64,000 nt of DNA from the NCBI RefSeq assembly GCF_036321535.1, contig NC_087437.1:26414001-26478000 (forward strand). Reading direction: 5' to 3'. The notes beneath the pieces were generated by a model, which was not told the origin of the DNA, ran no database searches, and saw only the letters and a list, made by a program, of their open reading frames with translations. Below are positions 13,351 to 26,579 of the stretch, piece after piece. Positions within the stretch are counted from its first letter, which is position 1, and each line of letters begins with the position of its first letter. The translations under genes were made by a program, and so were the position numbers. This stretch comes from Camelus dromedarius. Lineage: Eukaryota.

Positions 13351-15819
13351 TTATACTTTCTAAATTGTATTAAACCTTCTGTTAAGGCTGCTGTCAAAGA
13401 GTAGAATTGGTTAAGAAAAGACCATTTTTTTTCTTTCATATTTCTTTATTTCTATAATTGAAAGCCAAGTGTTGCCTAAGTCAGCTGTAAGAATCAGTTG
13501 TTCTCTCTGGCCTGTAAGATTTTCAGTCAAAGAAAAGACCTTTTCAAAATAAATAGATTAAAACTGTTACATGGTAATCACTGAGTGTAAAATTCCAGAG
13601 AGGAGTAATTTTATTTTCTACTTTAAAAATTTTAACAGTGAGTATGCTTTAATTTCATGAATAGCAACTCCCTCATATTGAAAAAGTAAACCACTTTTGT
13701 ACTAAAGATGTTTCTGTTTGTCTTGTATATGATAGGAACATGTTTTGTTTTAAAACAATGTGATTGTAAGAGGCAACATGAGCAAAATAATGATTGTTTT
13801 CTTAGGGAAAGACAAAGCAGTTTCAAAATGAGTCTCACTCAATAACACAACTTATTCCAAGTCCCAGTGTTAAAGGTACTATAGTTCAAGCTAGATATTT
13901 TATTTCTGAAATTCTAGCCAAAAAGTGAAACTCCTCACTATCAGGAAGTGATAAAATACTTTAGTACAGTTGTAGATTTTCCATTTCCTGATTTTAAAAG
14001 AACATTTTAAAAAAAGTACACATTTATATATGTATATTTTTTGGTTTGTCTGTGTTGATCTAGATCAGTTTCTTTATTTTATAGTAGTGTCTTTGGCCTT
14101 GGAAGAGTTAAATGACTTTCTCAAGTTCAACACAAAGCTGATGAAAATTAATTAAATCAATTAAAGAAAGATGTTTTAATTAAGAGGTTAAATGATACAT
14201 TGTGGTAATGCACATAAAAGCATTTTATGACTCTTAAAGCACTTTGTAAACCGTAGAGCATTCTGTAAATGTGATTATTTCTGAAGTAGGAAATTACTCT
14301 GAAGCATTGCTGGCCTCCAGGTATACTGCCAGGCTGGTTATCCTGAGGTAACAGAATGGATAGGTACAGTGATCAAATTCGGATGCTTGAATCACACAAT
14401 GCATTGAATTAATTGCAAACATACGGTAAGAAGCATAGGTAAAAGATGGGTATGTTAAGACGCTTAGGATAAGATGCAGGTGGGATGCAAGAACCACACT
14501 ATCTGAACCCTATGTTACCTGTTATTAGTTTGTGCAGTCTCTATGCTCCATCAGCTTTCCCTGGTAACTATGTGGTTACCGGGACCTGAGTTGAGAGTGA
14601 ACAGAGGAACTTGACAGATGGAAGGTGTCTGGATCCAATGTTTGCTTGCTCTGTTGAAGAGACTCGAGGTATTTACATTTGAACACAGCTGTAATTTGCT
14701 GTTAACCTGCAGAGCTATTTATCTGCGTGTTTCTGGCAGATGACACAAGAGGCTGCAGTGGGGATCACCAGTAGGTGTTTGATTTAGGGACAACATAGGT
14801 ATCAATCTGGATGTGTGACCTAATTCATGCTTTGTGAATATTTAAGGTTTGCATGATTCTTCCATCTTTTGCTCTCTATATGTAACACTCTTGCTTTGTT
14901 CCATCCTTTTAATCTGTATTCAAACCAAGGTGTTCTATTTTTTCTGAATTTGGCTTACAGTTTACGGACAACTATCTTAACTTCTGATGTATCATATAAA
15001 TTTCTCTTGTGTTTCAGAAGTTACTTGTTTACTATCTTTTCTTAATTTCATCTATCTAACTTGTTTTTCTTGTTTTCCATAAAGCAGATTGACTATAGCA
15101 TCTTAAATAATACAGCAACCTCATTTCACAATTATCATTACTGTTGTCTTCTATAAGCACAACAGATTCTTGTTTTGTTTTGCTCTATTTTGGTAAAGGA
15201 CTGATAAATATTGTAGCATAGGAATCTATATAAGGAAGGAAAAGTTGTTGGAATTTGAATACCTTTAACTCTCTATATGTATGTATTTCACTGGATTTGG
15301 TCCTTTCATTATTCAGCTCTAGATAAAAATGTTCAGATTACTTTAAAAATGGCAGTGCCTTAAAAATATGATTTGATGTTCTTCCTTTCTCTGGGGAAAA
15401 GGCATCTTTCATAGGTAGAGCCAGAAATCCTGTAAATCTCTATTAAATTAGACCCTTGTAATATGGAAAAAATTAAGTGGAACTCTTGCTGGAAAACAAT
15501 CTATCTAGAAATTCTTTGGGAATTTGTCTGAGGGGAAAAACTGAGAAAAACAATATGTGGTTTAATATTACAGAGTTATTGCTGTTGTTTAATAATAATT
15601 ATATGAAATCAGAATCCAATTTAAGCAGTTGTATATCTAGTAAATTGCATATATTCTTTTCTACTTTAGTGGATGTGCACTTACAAAATTGATTTTATGG
15701 TGATAAGCTGTGACAGTAAATGAGAATTACAGACATGACAACTTAAATAATTTAATAAAGTTTTTAATTTTAATGTTATGTGTACATTGGTTGTAACTTG
15801 TTTTTAATTTTATATTTAG

Positions 15820-15900
15820 TATAATTTTGAAAATGCATCTCAGACATTTGATGACCTTCCAGCAAGATTTGGTTATAGACTTCCAACTGAAGGTTTAAAG
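15820..15900 (+). CDS. RNF13: RNF13 second coding exon: YNFENASQTFDDLPARFGYRLPTEGLK
   Basis: tttAG acceptor 15818-19; 81 nt, phase 0-0; donor GTAAGA at 15901; continues the RNF13 frame. Confidence 0.97.
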
Positions 15901-17499
15901 GTAAGAAAAATAGAAATATATGGTAAAGGCATGGGTATTTAGTAAGGTAATTTTTATTGCTCTGTATTGTTTAAAAAATGAAACTATTTCTTACTATTAC
16001 TTATTATAAAACATATACATAGTCATATGTAAAGAGTTCAGACTGTTCAAAAAAGTATGAAGAAAAAAGTGAAAAATCACCAAATGATTGTATTATTCTG
16101 AACTAGCTGTCATGTTTGGTATATAATATTTCAAACCTGTTTTCTAGAATATGTGCCGTATGTGTTTGTAGATATACATGTGCGTATATATGCATGTATA
16201 ATATATATATGCATATATACTTATGTAAATATTCACATATACAATGAATTTGTATTTAATACTGATAGAAACATGCTACTTCATTACCTGCCTTTTACTT
16301 AATTATAAAATTTTCATGAATTTCATGAAAAGAATATCTTTTCATGCTAATAGGTAAGGATCTGCATTTTTATTTACAGTGGCTGCATGGTTTTGCAATA
16401 TCATGAAATACTGTGGATTTTTGAACATTAGATTGTTTAATTTTTTTACAGTAGATATTTAGGTTGTCCAGTTTTTGCTATTATAAACAGTGCTTCAGCG
16501 AATGTCTTCATTCTTGTGTATTTTTCTATTTATTTGTGTAAGATACATTTCCAAAAGTAGAGTTGCTTTGTTTATAGAACACATGTTTAAAATGTTATAT
16601 ATTCCAGGCTACCCTTTGAAAGTTTGTGACAGTTTAGAATTTCATCTAGTGTCTGAGACTGTCCTTTTTTCCACATTCTCTTCAGTACTAGATATTACCA
16701 AATTTTGTTAATTGATAAACAAATTCAGTGAGATTCAACATCCTACTGTTTTTTGCCCATTTTGTGTGTGTGTGTGTGAATGTGCATGTATTGCCTGCTA
16801 ATGCTCTTTGCCCATTTTTAAATTAAGATATTCATATTAATTTGTAAGAATGCTTTATATATTGAAAATATCAGTCTGTTGTTTGCCATATATGCTTCAG
16901 ATTGTTTTTTCCAGTTTGTCCTTCATCTTTAAGGTTTCAGAAGTTTTGTTTATGTAGTTAAATATTGTTATCTTTCCCTTTGGAGTTATGCTTAGAAAGT
17001 CCTTCCCTATTCCAAGATAATGCAAGGTTTTTATGTTATGTAAGTTAGAATACATGAAATTGTGTATGTATGTATGTACCACAGAATGTTTTCAGTTTGT
17101 TCTTTCTTAAAATTCCTTATTTAAGTACCATAAAACTATTATTCTTAATTAGGATGGCAGGCATCTCTGGGAGGGATGTATCAGTTTTTAATTTTTTTAA
17201 GATTCTAAATTATTAAAAAATTCCCTACATTGTATAACTATTTGTTATTATAAAAATATTTAAACAAAAAAGAAATATACAGAGGAAAAAGGAAGAGCCT
17301 TCCTGTACCCCTTCCTCTCATGTACATATCAATCCCACTTCCCTCTTCAGAGTTCAGCATTAGGGTATTATGTGCTCTTACAGGCCCTCAGACCCTTTTC
17401 TGAATATGTAGTGCTATTTAGTTCATAAATTTATGAACTCATAAAGTTCATAAATGGTTACCATTTGTATATATGAACATTTTCTAATTTTTTACAGTG

Positions 17500-17990
17500 G
17501 AATCCATTCTAGCTAACTTACCCAGAAAGGGATTTATGAAGGGATAAAGATATTCAGAGTATCATAGTCTGGAGAAGCAGTTTCCAAACTATTTCAGGAA
17601 TAAAACCCAGAAGCCCCTTGGAGAGCTGGCTTGATGCAAGATTGGTGCAGCCACTGACCCCTAGAGAAAAGCACATCACCTTGTCTCTGATCCAGAAGCC
17701 TCCGTGGTCTCACCTCAGTCTGCCTCTATTGCCACCCAAGCTAATCAGAGATACCCTTTGCCAGACTGTTTCTTCAGCTCTAACACCTGGGGTTTTCTGG
17801 TTGACAGACTCTAGGCCATGTAGTTATTAGCCATATACTTTAGTGAGATGCCTAGCTATGAGGGAGTCTGGGTAATGTAGTTTTTATTGTTATTTTTGTT
17901 GTTTTAGTCTACTTTGGAAAGGTGTGATTCATAGTATGAGAGAGTGGTTGCAGAAAATTTGAGCATTGTGAATGAACGATAACCACTATA
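17500..17990 (-). mobile_element. Old MaLR (MLT1-like) LTR remnant
   Basis: ctagctaactta...gggatttat and gcctagctatgagggagtctgggtaatgtagttttt resemble MLT1 LTR motifs. Confidence 0.45.
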
Positions 17991-18131
17991 GTATTCCGTA
18001 ATTTGACTTCCCCAGCTCCCCACACTTAGCATTATGTCTTAGAGATCTTTCCACAGCTATAGCTATAGATCCAGCATGTTTCTATTAGGTACTGCATGGT
18101 GTTTTGTAATATGAATGACCATAATTTATTA

Positions 18132-18510
18132 TTTTTTTTAACATTTTTTATTGATTTATAATCATTTTACAATGTTGTGTCAAATTCCAGTGTAGAGCAC
18201 AATTTTTCAGTTATACATGAAAATAGATATATTCATTGTCACATTTTTTTCTCTGTGAGTTACCACAAGATCTTGTATATATTTCCCTGTGCTGTACGGT
18301 ATAATCTTGTTTATCTATTCTACAATTTTGAAATCCCAGTCTATCTCTTCCCACCCCCTGCCCCCTTGGCAACCACAAGTTTGTATTTTATGTCTATGAG
18401 TCTATTTCTGTTTTGTATTTATGCTTAGTTTTTTTTTTTTTTAAAGATTCCACATATGAGCGATCTCATATGGTATTTTTCTTTCTCTTTCTGGCTTACT
18501 TCACTTAGAA
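18132..18510 (-). mobile_element. Young 5'-truncated L1 (~380 bp) with perfect 19-bp TSD
   Basis: TSD gaatgaccataatttatta at 18113-18131 and 18511-18529; T tract at left end. Confidence 0.9.
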
Positions 18511-19224
18511 GAATGACCATAATTTATTAGTCATTTTCTATTAACAGATATTTTGATTTCCTATCCAAAGTCCACTTATTTCTCTAGGATAGATGTTTGG
18601 AAGTATAACTGATGAATCAATGGGCATGTATATCTAAAATTAAAATTAAATTACCTTTCCAAAAGTCTGTACTAATTTATTCCCATTAGTGGTGTATCGG
18701 AATACCCATTCCTCCACCCTTGCCAACACTGGATACCATTTCTTTTCTAACTTTTGCCTATCTGATGGGCAAAAATATTAATCTTGTTTTAATTTGCATT
18801 TCTCAGATTACTAGCAATTTTGAGCTGGCAATCTTTCTTCCATTCAGCATAAGGAGTAGGACCATCCCTTTTCACTAAAGAACTTTTCTGCTTAGTAAGC
18901 TGATTTTAAAGAGTTCCACTAACTCCTGATACAACCATAGTCTTATTGGTGCTCCTGTATTACTATGTTATTGTTAAGTGAATTCAGTTTACATTTAAAA
19001 GGTATTTTGACAAATTTGTTTTGTCACTGCCTGAGAAAAAATAATGTTAAATATCTGCCTACTTTTGCACAGTGACAACATAGGGCAAGCCCCAGAGATG
19101 AAATATAGTGAGATAGTAAAGGGCGTATTCTAACAAATTATTGAATCTTTATGGATGGCTTTTATATTTGCATGACTGGCTTGCCATTGCCCAGAATCAG
19201 AATTCACAAGTGCTAGCCTACTCA

Positions 19225-19650
19225 TTTTTTTAAAAAATACCTTTATTGTGGTATGGTTTCTGTACAGTAAACTACACATATTTCAGATATACACTTTGAT
19301 GCATTTTGATACATGTATACACTGTGAAACCACTACCACAATCAAGATAGCTAACATTTCCATCACTCCCCAAGAGATGCAGTTTTCAAATCCCCAACAT
19401 ATCCCTTCCTTCCCCCTTTAACTTCTGGTAACCGTAAGTTTGTTCTCTATGTCTGTCAGTCTGCTTCTGTTTTGTAGATAAGTTCATTTGTGTCTTTTTT
19501 TTTTTTTTTTTTGATTCCACATATAAGTGATATCATAGGACATTTTTCGTTCTCTTTCTGGCTTTCTTCACTTAGAATGACAATCTCCAGTTCCATCCAA
19601 GTTGCTGCAAGTGGCATTATCTTATTCTTTTTTATGGCTGAGTAGTAGTC

Positions 19651-19689
<39 letters not shown>

Positions 19690-20305
19690 AAACACATCTT
19701 CTTTATCCAGTCATCTGTCAATGGACATTTGGGTAGTTTCCATATCTTGACTATTGTAAATAGTGCTGCTGTGAACATTGGGGTGCATGTGTCTTTTTGA
19801 ATTACAGTTTTCTCTAGATATATACCCAGGAGTTGGATTGCTAGATCATATGGTAAGTCTATTTTTAGTTTTTTAAGGAACCTCCATAGTGACCTCCATA
19901 GTGGCTGCACCACTTTACATTCCCACAGTGTAGGAGGGTTCCTTTTTCTCCATATCCTTTCTAGCATTTATTGTTTGAAGACTTTTTAATGATGGCCAGT
20001 CTGACTGGTGTGAGGTAATATCTCATTGTGGTTTTGATTTGCATTTCTCCAGCAATTAGTGATGTTGAGCATCTTTTCATGTGCTTGTTGGCCATCTGTA
20101 TGTCTTCTTTGGAGAGTTGCCTATTTAGGTATTCTGCCCAATTTTTGATTGGGTTGCTTGTTTTTTTTGATATTAAGGTGTATGAGCTATTTGTATATTT
20201 TGGAAATTAGTCCCTTGTTGGTCATACCATTTGCAAATATTTTCTCCCATTCTGTAGATTGTCTTTTCGTTTTGTTGATGGTATCCTTAGCTGTGCAAAA
20301 GCTTT
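19225..20305 (-). mobile_element. L1 3' end (ORF2 C-terminus plus 3'UTR) with internal (TG)n at 19653-19686
   Basis: ORF2 C-terminal remnant QPLWRSLWRFLKKLKIDLPYDLAIQLLGIY...CTPMFTAALFTI. Confidence 0.92.
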
Positions 20306-22149
20306 TTGTCATTGTTTACAAAGAAGACTTGAAGTGAGGATGGCTCACTATAGTGTAATGTCAAGGAAACTAATTAAATGAATGTGTTAAAATATAACCT
20401 AGTTAATTAAAAAGTATAATATGGTTATTAAGACATAGCTGAGAAATATTTTAGTTGTAAACTTTGCCTGGATTTTTAGTTGGGATATCTTTTGTAGACA
20501 TATGCTCTTAATTTTGTAGATTTTATAGTATCACTGGATTCTACTGTTTCTAAGAGATCGGTTATATATAGTATAACCCATATCATTTGGAATTCTGTGT
20601 TTACATTCCATTTACATATGCTCCAGTATTAAGCTAATAGTATTTAAAGGCTTTTCCTATTATCCTCCATCAATTTAAAAAATATTTGAGTATGGGAAAA
20701 TCAGAAAGCCAAAGAAAATTTTAGCTTTTTGAGCTGTAATGGAAAAATGTGAATCTTGCATGGATTAAAATATAGCATGTTAATGTGTGAAAGTTTTTTT
20801 TAAAAGGGCTTGATATTTTTAACTAAGGGAAGCTCTTTGTTTTTAGTTATAGATTTTAATTGGCTGTTTTGTCAGATATCTTCTCCAGAAATCTCCCCCC
20901 CACCTTTTGGTGGAGACCCTGTGGCTGTGCCTCAGAACAAAAGGAAAGACGTATGACATCAATATGTTCCCTGAAATCTGAATACCTTACAAGAGATCTG
21001 CCAATGAAATATGGTATTGTGTGGTCGTTATCCAGAGTTAGACACTCACAAAGAGTTTGTTACTGAGAATCCCTGGTAGACATTTTTCAGAAAGTCTTTA
21101 ACTTCTAGGTTTTGTATTGTAGCCCCCATTCCCTTCCCTCTCTCACTGAAGGAAACTTAATTGAAAGTGTTGCTTTTTTGCTACATCCTTACCAAGACTT
21201 GTTATTGTCAGAATTAAATGTTGGCCAACCTAATAGATATAAAGTGGTATTTTATTGCTTTTACTGGATATTTCCTGGATTATTAGTGAGATCAAGCATC
21301 TTTTTATGGGGTTATTGGTCAAGCAGGTTTATTCTGGTTTGAATTGTCTTTTAAAATCTATTTTTGTATTGGTTTGTTAGTTTTTAAAATACTGTTTTGT
21401 AGGAATCTAGACACTAATCCTTCAGTTATATTGCCCTATAAATATTTTCTTATTTTGGCTTTTTAACTTTAAATTGCCTTTTAAAATTATGCTTAATTTT
21501 AAATTTTAATATAGATATCTTTTTTGATGTTTGGCATTTTCTGTGTCTTAAGTAATCCAAAATTTATAAATTTTTCCCATGCCCCCACCCCAATTCCATG
21601 ATCAGAAAGTCTTTAATCTACCCAGAATTATTTTACTTTACAGTGTAAAATAGGCCTCTGTTTTTACCTTTTTGAAATGAATAACCAACTACTAAAGCAT
21701 CATTATTGCATAGGCAAGATTTTACATGGGGGTTTGTAATGCTAGCAAGATCTCTTGCTAGACTCTGTTTATTATCAATATCATTGGAATAATTCAGTTA
21801 TATATTGAAGGCCAGTCTTAGAAGGATCAATCTTTTCTAGATTTCTTGTTTCTATACTTTTAAGAGCTGCCTTAACATGTAGAGGGGAAAATAGTGATTA
21901 CTAAAAATTCAAACCGGACGTATTGGATTTACCTCTGATAAAGGAGCCTAGCATCGGATTTCCTGAGTGTTCCTATCAGTGGCAGATCTTGTCTTCAGCA
22001 AAATACCCTTTGGGCTAGATTTACCATTATCACTGTATACAGTGTTTTGTAATCTGGTACTCTGCCTGTGTTGATGAGGAGCTGATGATGATACTTTACG
22101 TTGATGAGGAGAACACAGAAGATGAAGGTCATAGTGTGCAGATTTGATA

Positions 22150-22627
22150 TATATATATATATTTTAAATTAGAGTATAGTTGATTTACAATGTTGTGTTT
22201 GTTTCAGGTATACAGCAAAGTGATTCAGTTATACGTGTATATATATTCTTTTCCAGATTCTCTTCCATTATAGGTTATTACAAGATATTGAATATAGTTC
22301 CCTGTGCTATACAATAGGTCTTTGTTGTTTATCTCTCTTATATATAGTAGTGTGTATCTGTTAAACCCAAACTCCTAATTTATCCCCCTCCACCTTTCTC
22401 CTATGTCTGTGATTCTGTTTCTGTTTTGTAAATAAGTTTACTGGTATCGTTTTTTAAGATCCCACATATAACTGATATCATGTAATATTTATTTGTTTTT
22501 CTCTGACTTACTTGACTTAGGATAATAATCTCTAGATCCAGCTATGTTGCTGCAAATGGCATTATTTCATTCTTTTCTATGGCTGAATAATATTCCATTA
22601 TATATGTACATACATATATATATGTAC

Positions 22628-22661
<34 letters not shown>

Positions 22662-23140
22662 CACATCTTCTTTATCCATTCATTCCATTCATTTGTCGAT
22701 GGACGTTTAGGTTGCTTCCATGTCTTAGCTATTATAAATAGTGCTGCCATGAACATTGGAGTGCATGTATCTTTTCAAATTAAGAGTTTTCTCCAGGTAT
22801 ATGCCCAAGAGTAGGATTGCAGGATCATTTGGTAACTCTGTTTTTAGTTTTTTGAGGAACCTCTTACTATTCTTCATAGTGGTTGCACCAGTTTACATTC
22901 CCACCAACAGTACAGGGGAAGGTTCCCTTTTCTCCACACCCTCTCCAGCATTTATTGTTTGTAGATTTTTTGATAATGACCAATCTGACTGGTGATACCT
23001 TGTTATAGTTTTGATTTGCATTTTTAAAATAATTAGCTACATTGAACATCTTTCCATGTGCTTGCTGGTCTCTGTATTTCTTTGGAGAAATGTCTGTTTA
23101 GATCTTCTGCCTATTTTTTGATTGGGTTGTTTGTTTTTGT
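22150..23140 (-). mobile_element. L1 3' end with internal (TA)n
   Basis: ORF2 remnant [25 protein letters not shown]1 3'UTR motifs. Confidence 0.9.
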
Positions 23141-23578
23141 TTATTGTTTTAATTATTACTTTATATAATTTGTATTTATTAATGAACCTAAGAGAAGAAA
23201 AGAAGTATGTATTTCTAAAGTTGTTATATTAACCTTCCTATTTATCACTATGGTTCTCTTCATTTATTCCTATGGATTTGATATCCATCACCACCACAAT
23301 CCGTCTCTAGAACTTTTTCATCTTTGCAGACTGAAACTCTGTACCCTTAAACAATAAGCCCTCATTTACCCTTCTTCCTACTTCTTAGCAGCCACCATTC
23401 TACTTTCTGTCTCTGTGAATTTGATTACTTTAAGGATCTCATATAAGTGGAATCATACAGTCCTTTTGTGTCGGGCTTATTTCAATTTGCATAATGTCTT
23501 CGAGTTCATCCATGTTGTGACATGTATTAGAATTTCTTTCCTTTTTAAGGCAAAATGATAAACCATTGTATGTGTATA

Positions 23579-24115
23579 CAGTTGGCACTCCATATCTATG
23601 GGTTCTGCACCCACAGATTCAACCAACCATTGATCAAAAATATTTGAAAAAAATTCCAGGAAGTTCCCAAAATCCAAACTTTAATTTACTACTTGTCAGC
23701 AACTGTTTACATTGTATTTAAACTATTTACATAGCATTTACATCGTATTAGGTATTGGTATAGGTATTAGGTATTGTAAGTAAATGAGAGATGATTTAAA
23801 GTATAGAAGGGGAAGGATATAGTTCAGTGGTAGAGTGTGTGCATAGCATGCACGAAGTCCTGGGTTCAATCCACAATACCTCCATTAAAAAATAATAAAC
23901 AAACAAACACACCTAATTACCTTCCCTGAAAAAAAAAGAAAAGAAAGAAAAGAAAGAAAATGGTATTATTCCCTGTAGTGACACAAAAATAAAGTATATG
24001 GCAGGATGTGTGTAGGTTATATGTAAATACTATGCCCTTTAATATAAGGGGCTTGAGCATCAATGGATTTTGGTATCTACAGGGGATCCTGGAATCAAAT
24101 ACTGAGGGATGACTA
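23579..24115 (-). mobile_element. MER2-like Tigger (TcMar) DNA transposon, itself interrupted by a SINE
   Basis: Starts TA|cagttggcactcc and ends gagggatgact (imperfect TIRs); internal ggcttgagcatcaatggattttggtatc is typical of MER2. Confidence 0.82.
23809..23989 (+). mobile_element. tRNA-derived SINE (Vic-1-like, long form) with A-rich tail and 3' extension
   Basis: tagttcagtggtagagtg...gggttcaatcc...acctaattaccttccc, (GAAA)n tail; TSD taaagtata at 23797 and 23990. Confidence 0.88.
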
Positions 24116-24614
24116 CCACATTTTGTTTATCCATTTAACTGCTGTTGAATACTTCTGGTGCTTCTATGTTTTGGCTATTGTGAATAATGCCACTATGATC
24201 ATGGGTGTACAAATAATCTGTTCAAGCTCTTACTTTCATTTCTTTTGAGTATTTGTCCATAAGTGTAATTGCTAGACTATATGGTAATTCTATATTTAAC
24301 TTCTTGAGGGATCATCATACTGTTTTTGGCAGAGTGGCTCCTGCATTTTATGTTCCCACCGGCACAAGGGTTCTAATTTCTCCACATTCTTGCTCACACT
24401 TATTTTCTGTTTTTTTGATTATAGTCATCCTAATGGGTGTGAAGTGGCATCTCATTATGGTTTTTATTTGCGTTTCCCTAATGATAAATGATGTTGAACA
24501 CCTTTTCATGTGCTTATTGACCATTGCTTATCTTCTTTAGAGAAATGATTATTCATGTCCTATGTGCATTTTTAAATCAGGTTGCCTGTTTTTGTTTTTG
24601 TTGCTGTTCAGTTG

Positions 24615-25555
24615 TAGTTGTCTTGGTGTAGGTCCGTTAGGGTTTATCTTGTTTGCAATCCTCTGTGTTTCCTATACTTGGATATCGGTTTTCTTTTTTA
24701 GGTTTGGGGCATTTTCAGCCATAATTTCTTCGAATACATTTTCGATCCCCTTCTCTCTCTCCTCCTTCTGCAACCCTTATAATGAGTTGGTTGGCATGCT
24801 TTATATTATCCTATAGATCTCATATGTTACTCTCATTTTTTTTAAAATTTGTCTTTCTGTCTGCTGTTCTGATTGGGTGATTTCCATCATTCTGTCTTCC
24901 AAATTACATATTCATTCTTCTGTGTCATTTAGTCAGCCCTTCATTGCTTCTAGGTTGGTTTTTATCTCAGAAATTGAATTGTTCGATTTTGATTAATTTG
25001 ATTAATTCATCTTTATGGATTCTAGTTTCTTGTTACAGTGATCTGCATTTCTATCAGTAATCTTTCTTAATTCCTTTAGCATTTTTATTACCTGCTTTTT
25101 GAACTTGGGATCTAGTAGACTGGGGAAATCTGTTTCATTATTTATTCTTTCAGGGAATTTCTCTTGTTCTTCTAATTGGGAGTAGTTCCTCAGTGTTTTT
25201 CATTTTACTTAATTTTCTCTGTCTCTGAATTTAGGAGAAATAGTTGCCTTTAAAGGGATGTTTTTATGTGGAAGTGTCTCTGTGTAGACTGTGTGTGTCC
25301 AGTATTTTTGATATGAGGGCTGGTTTTGTATGGATGGCAGCCATGTCTTTCCTCAGAGCGTGCTGACTGTTACTGTCTTATTAAGGGGTGTTATTGGCAT
25401 TGTGTCTATAGCTTGTGCTGGATGTGAGGTGGGGCTTCCTCTTTACTCTGTGGCTGTTACCATCCTGTTGGGAGTGGGTCTTCTCCCCAGCTGTTGGAGT
25501 AGAAGCCCTGAGGGTTGGGTTTGATCAGGCTCCATTGCCCTTGAGTGCGTGTACA
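24615..25555 (-). mobile_element. L1 ORF1/5'UTR-region fragment
   Basis: Antisense ORF1-type motifs (ttttcagccataatttcttcgaata, attcattcttctgtgtc) grading into a more GC-rich 5'UTR-like stretch. Confidence 0.6.
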
Positions 25556-25867
25556 GGCAGTGGGTATTTTGTAACATTCTAGAAAGTTGTTGATATCAAC
25601 GAATTAAGCTGTCTCACATTAGGAAAATGTTAGCTGATAAAGTCTGATTGATCAGTGTAACTCTTTTTGGTCCATGTTTGAATATAAAAATTATGATATA
25701 AAGATTCCACTGACATCTTCATTATTTGAGGTGTTTGTATCAAATTTTGGAATCAGCCTTAAGTGCCTGTTAGACCAACACTTTGATTTGTTCATTTTTA
25801 TAGGTATCTTTTTGTCTTGTTACCCGTTTTGTTCTTCACCTAGTTTTTTTGTCTTGTGGATCTTGTG

Positions 25868-26120
25868 AAGGCAGTATAGCATAGTGGTTAAGAACACAGG
25901 GTGTGGAGGCAGACTTCCTGGGATGGCATGTGTGCTGTGAATAACCTCAGGCAAGTTACCTAACCTTTTTGAGACTTAGTTTTCTCATCTTTAAAATAGG
26001 AATAACAATGGTGGTTACTTTGTAGGCTTATTGCAAAGATTAACTGAATTAGAACTTTTAAAGGGCACGGTGCCTGACGCACAGCCCTCAATGCCATGGC
26101 TCAGCAAATGTTAACTGCTT
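25868..26120 (+). mobile_element. MIR SINE
   Basis: aggcagtatagcatagtggttaagaac...ggcaagttacctaacc...tttctcatctttaaaatagg. Confidence 0.82.
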
Positions 26121-26579
26121 GCTGTTACTGCAGTTGTTAATTATTAATTAATAACTTCAGGTATTCACTAACTAAATAACTTGCCGCTTCTCTCCCTCTC
26201 TTCCTGCTTCTACTTTTGTACTCTTACAAAGGGAAAGCTGCACTGCTGCCTTGCCTTCAGCATTTTTGTTGACATTGTCGCTGCTTATAGTCTTCTTAAT
26301 TTTACCGTGTATAATTTGCCATTCAGTGCAAACTGAAGAGAAGGAAAGTCTAAGGCTTTTTTCAGCCTAAAAGAATCTTTCAAACAAAACCACTTTATCA
26401 AATTATCTATCTCTTTACGACTTTATTAACCAGTGTAATTTGTCATCAAAAGTAATTTTGCCATAACATTTACTCTGAAACATCACAATTTCAAATGCTT
26501 CTGAAGCATTAAGGCAAAATTATATTCAGTATTTTTTTTATGTTTAGGTTATTTGAATATTCTAGTCAGAAAGTGGCAA

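Larger units (their letters stand above)
23280..24600 (-). mobile_element. Older L1 3' end interrupted by MER2
   Basis: L1 3'UTR motifs continue on both sides of 23579-24115. Confidence 0.85.

Noticed and set aside
21742..21761. 9-bp inverted repeat ctagcaaga-tc-tcttgctag
   Set aside because: Short enough to be expected by chance in 64 kb; no supporting context.
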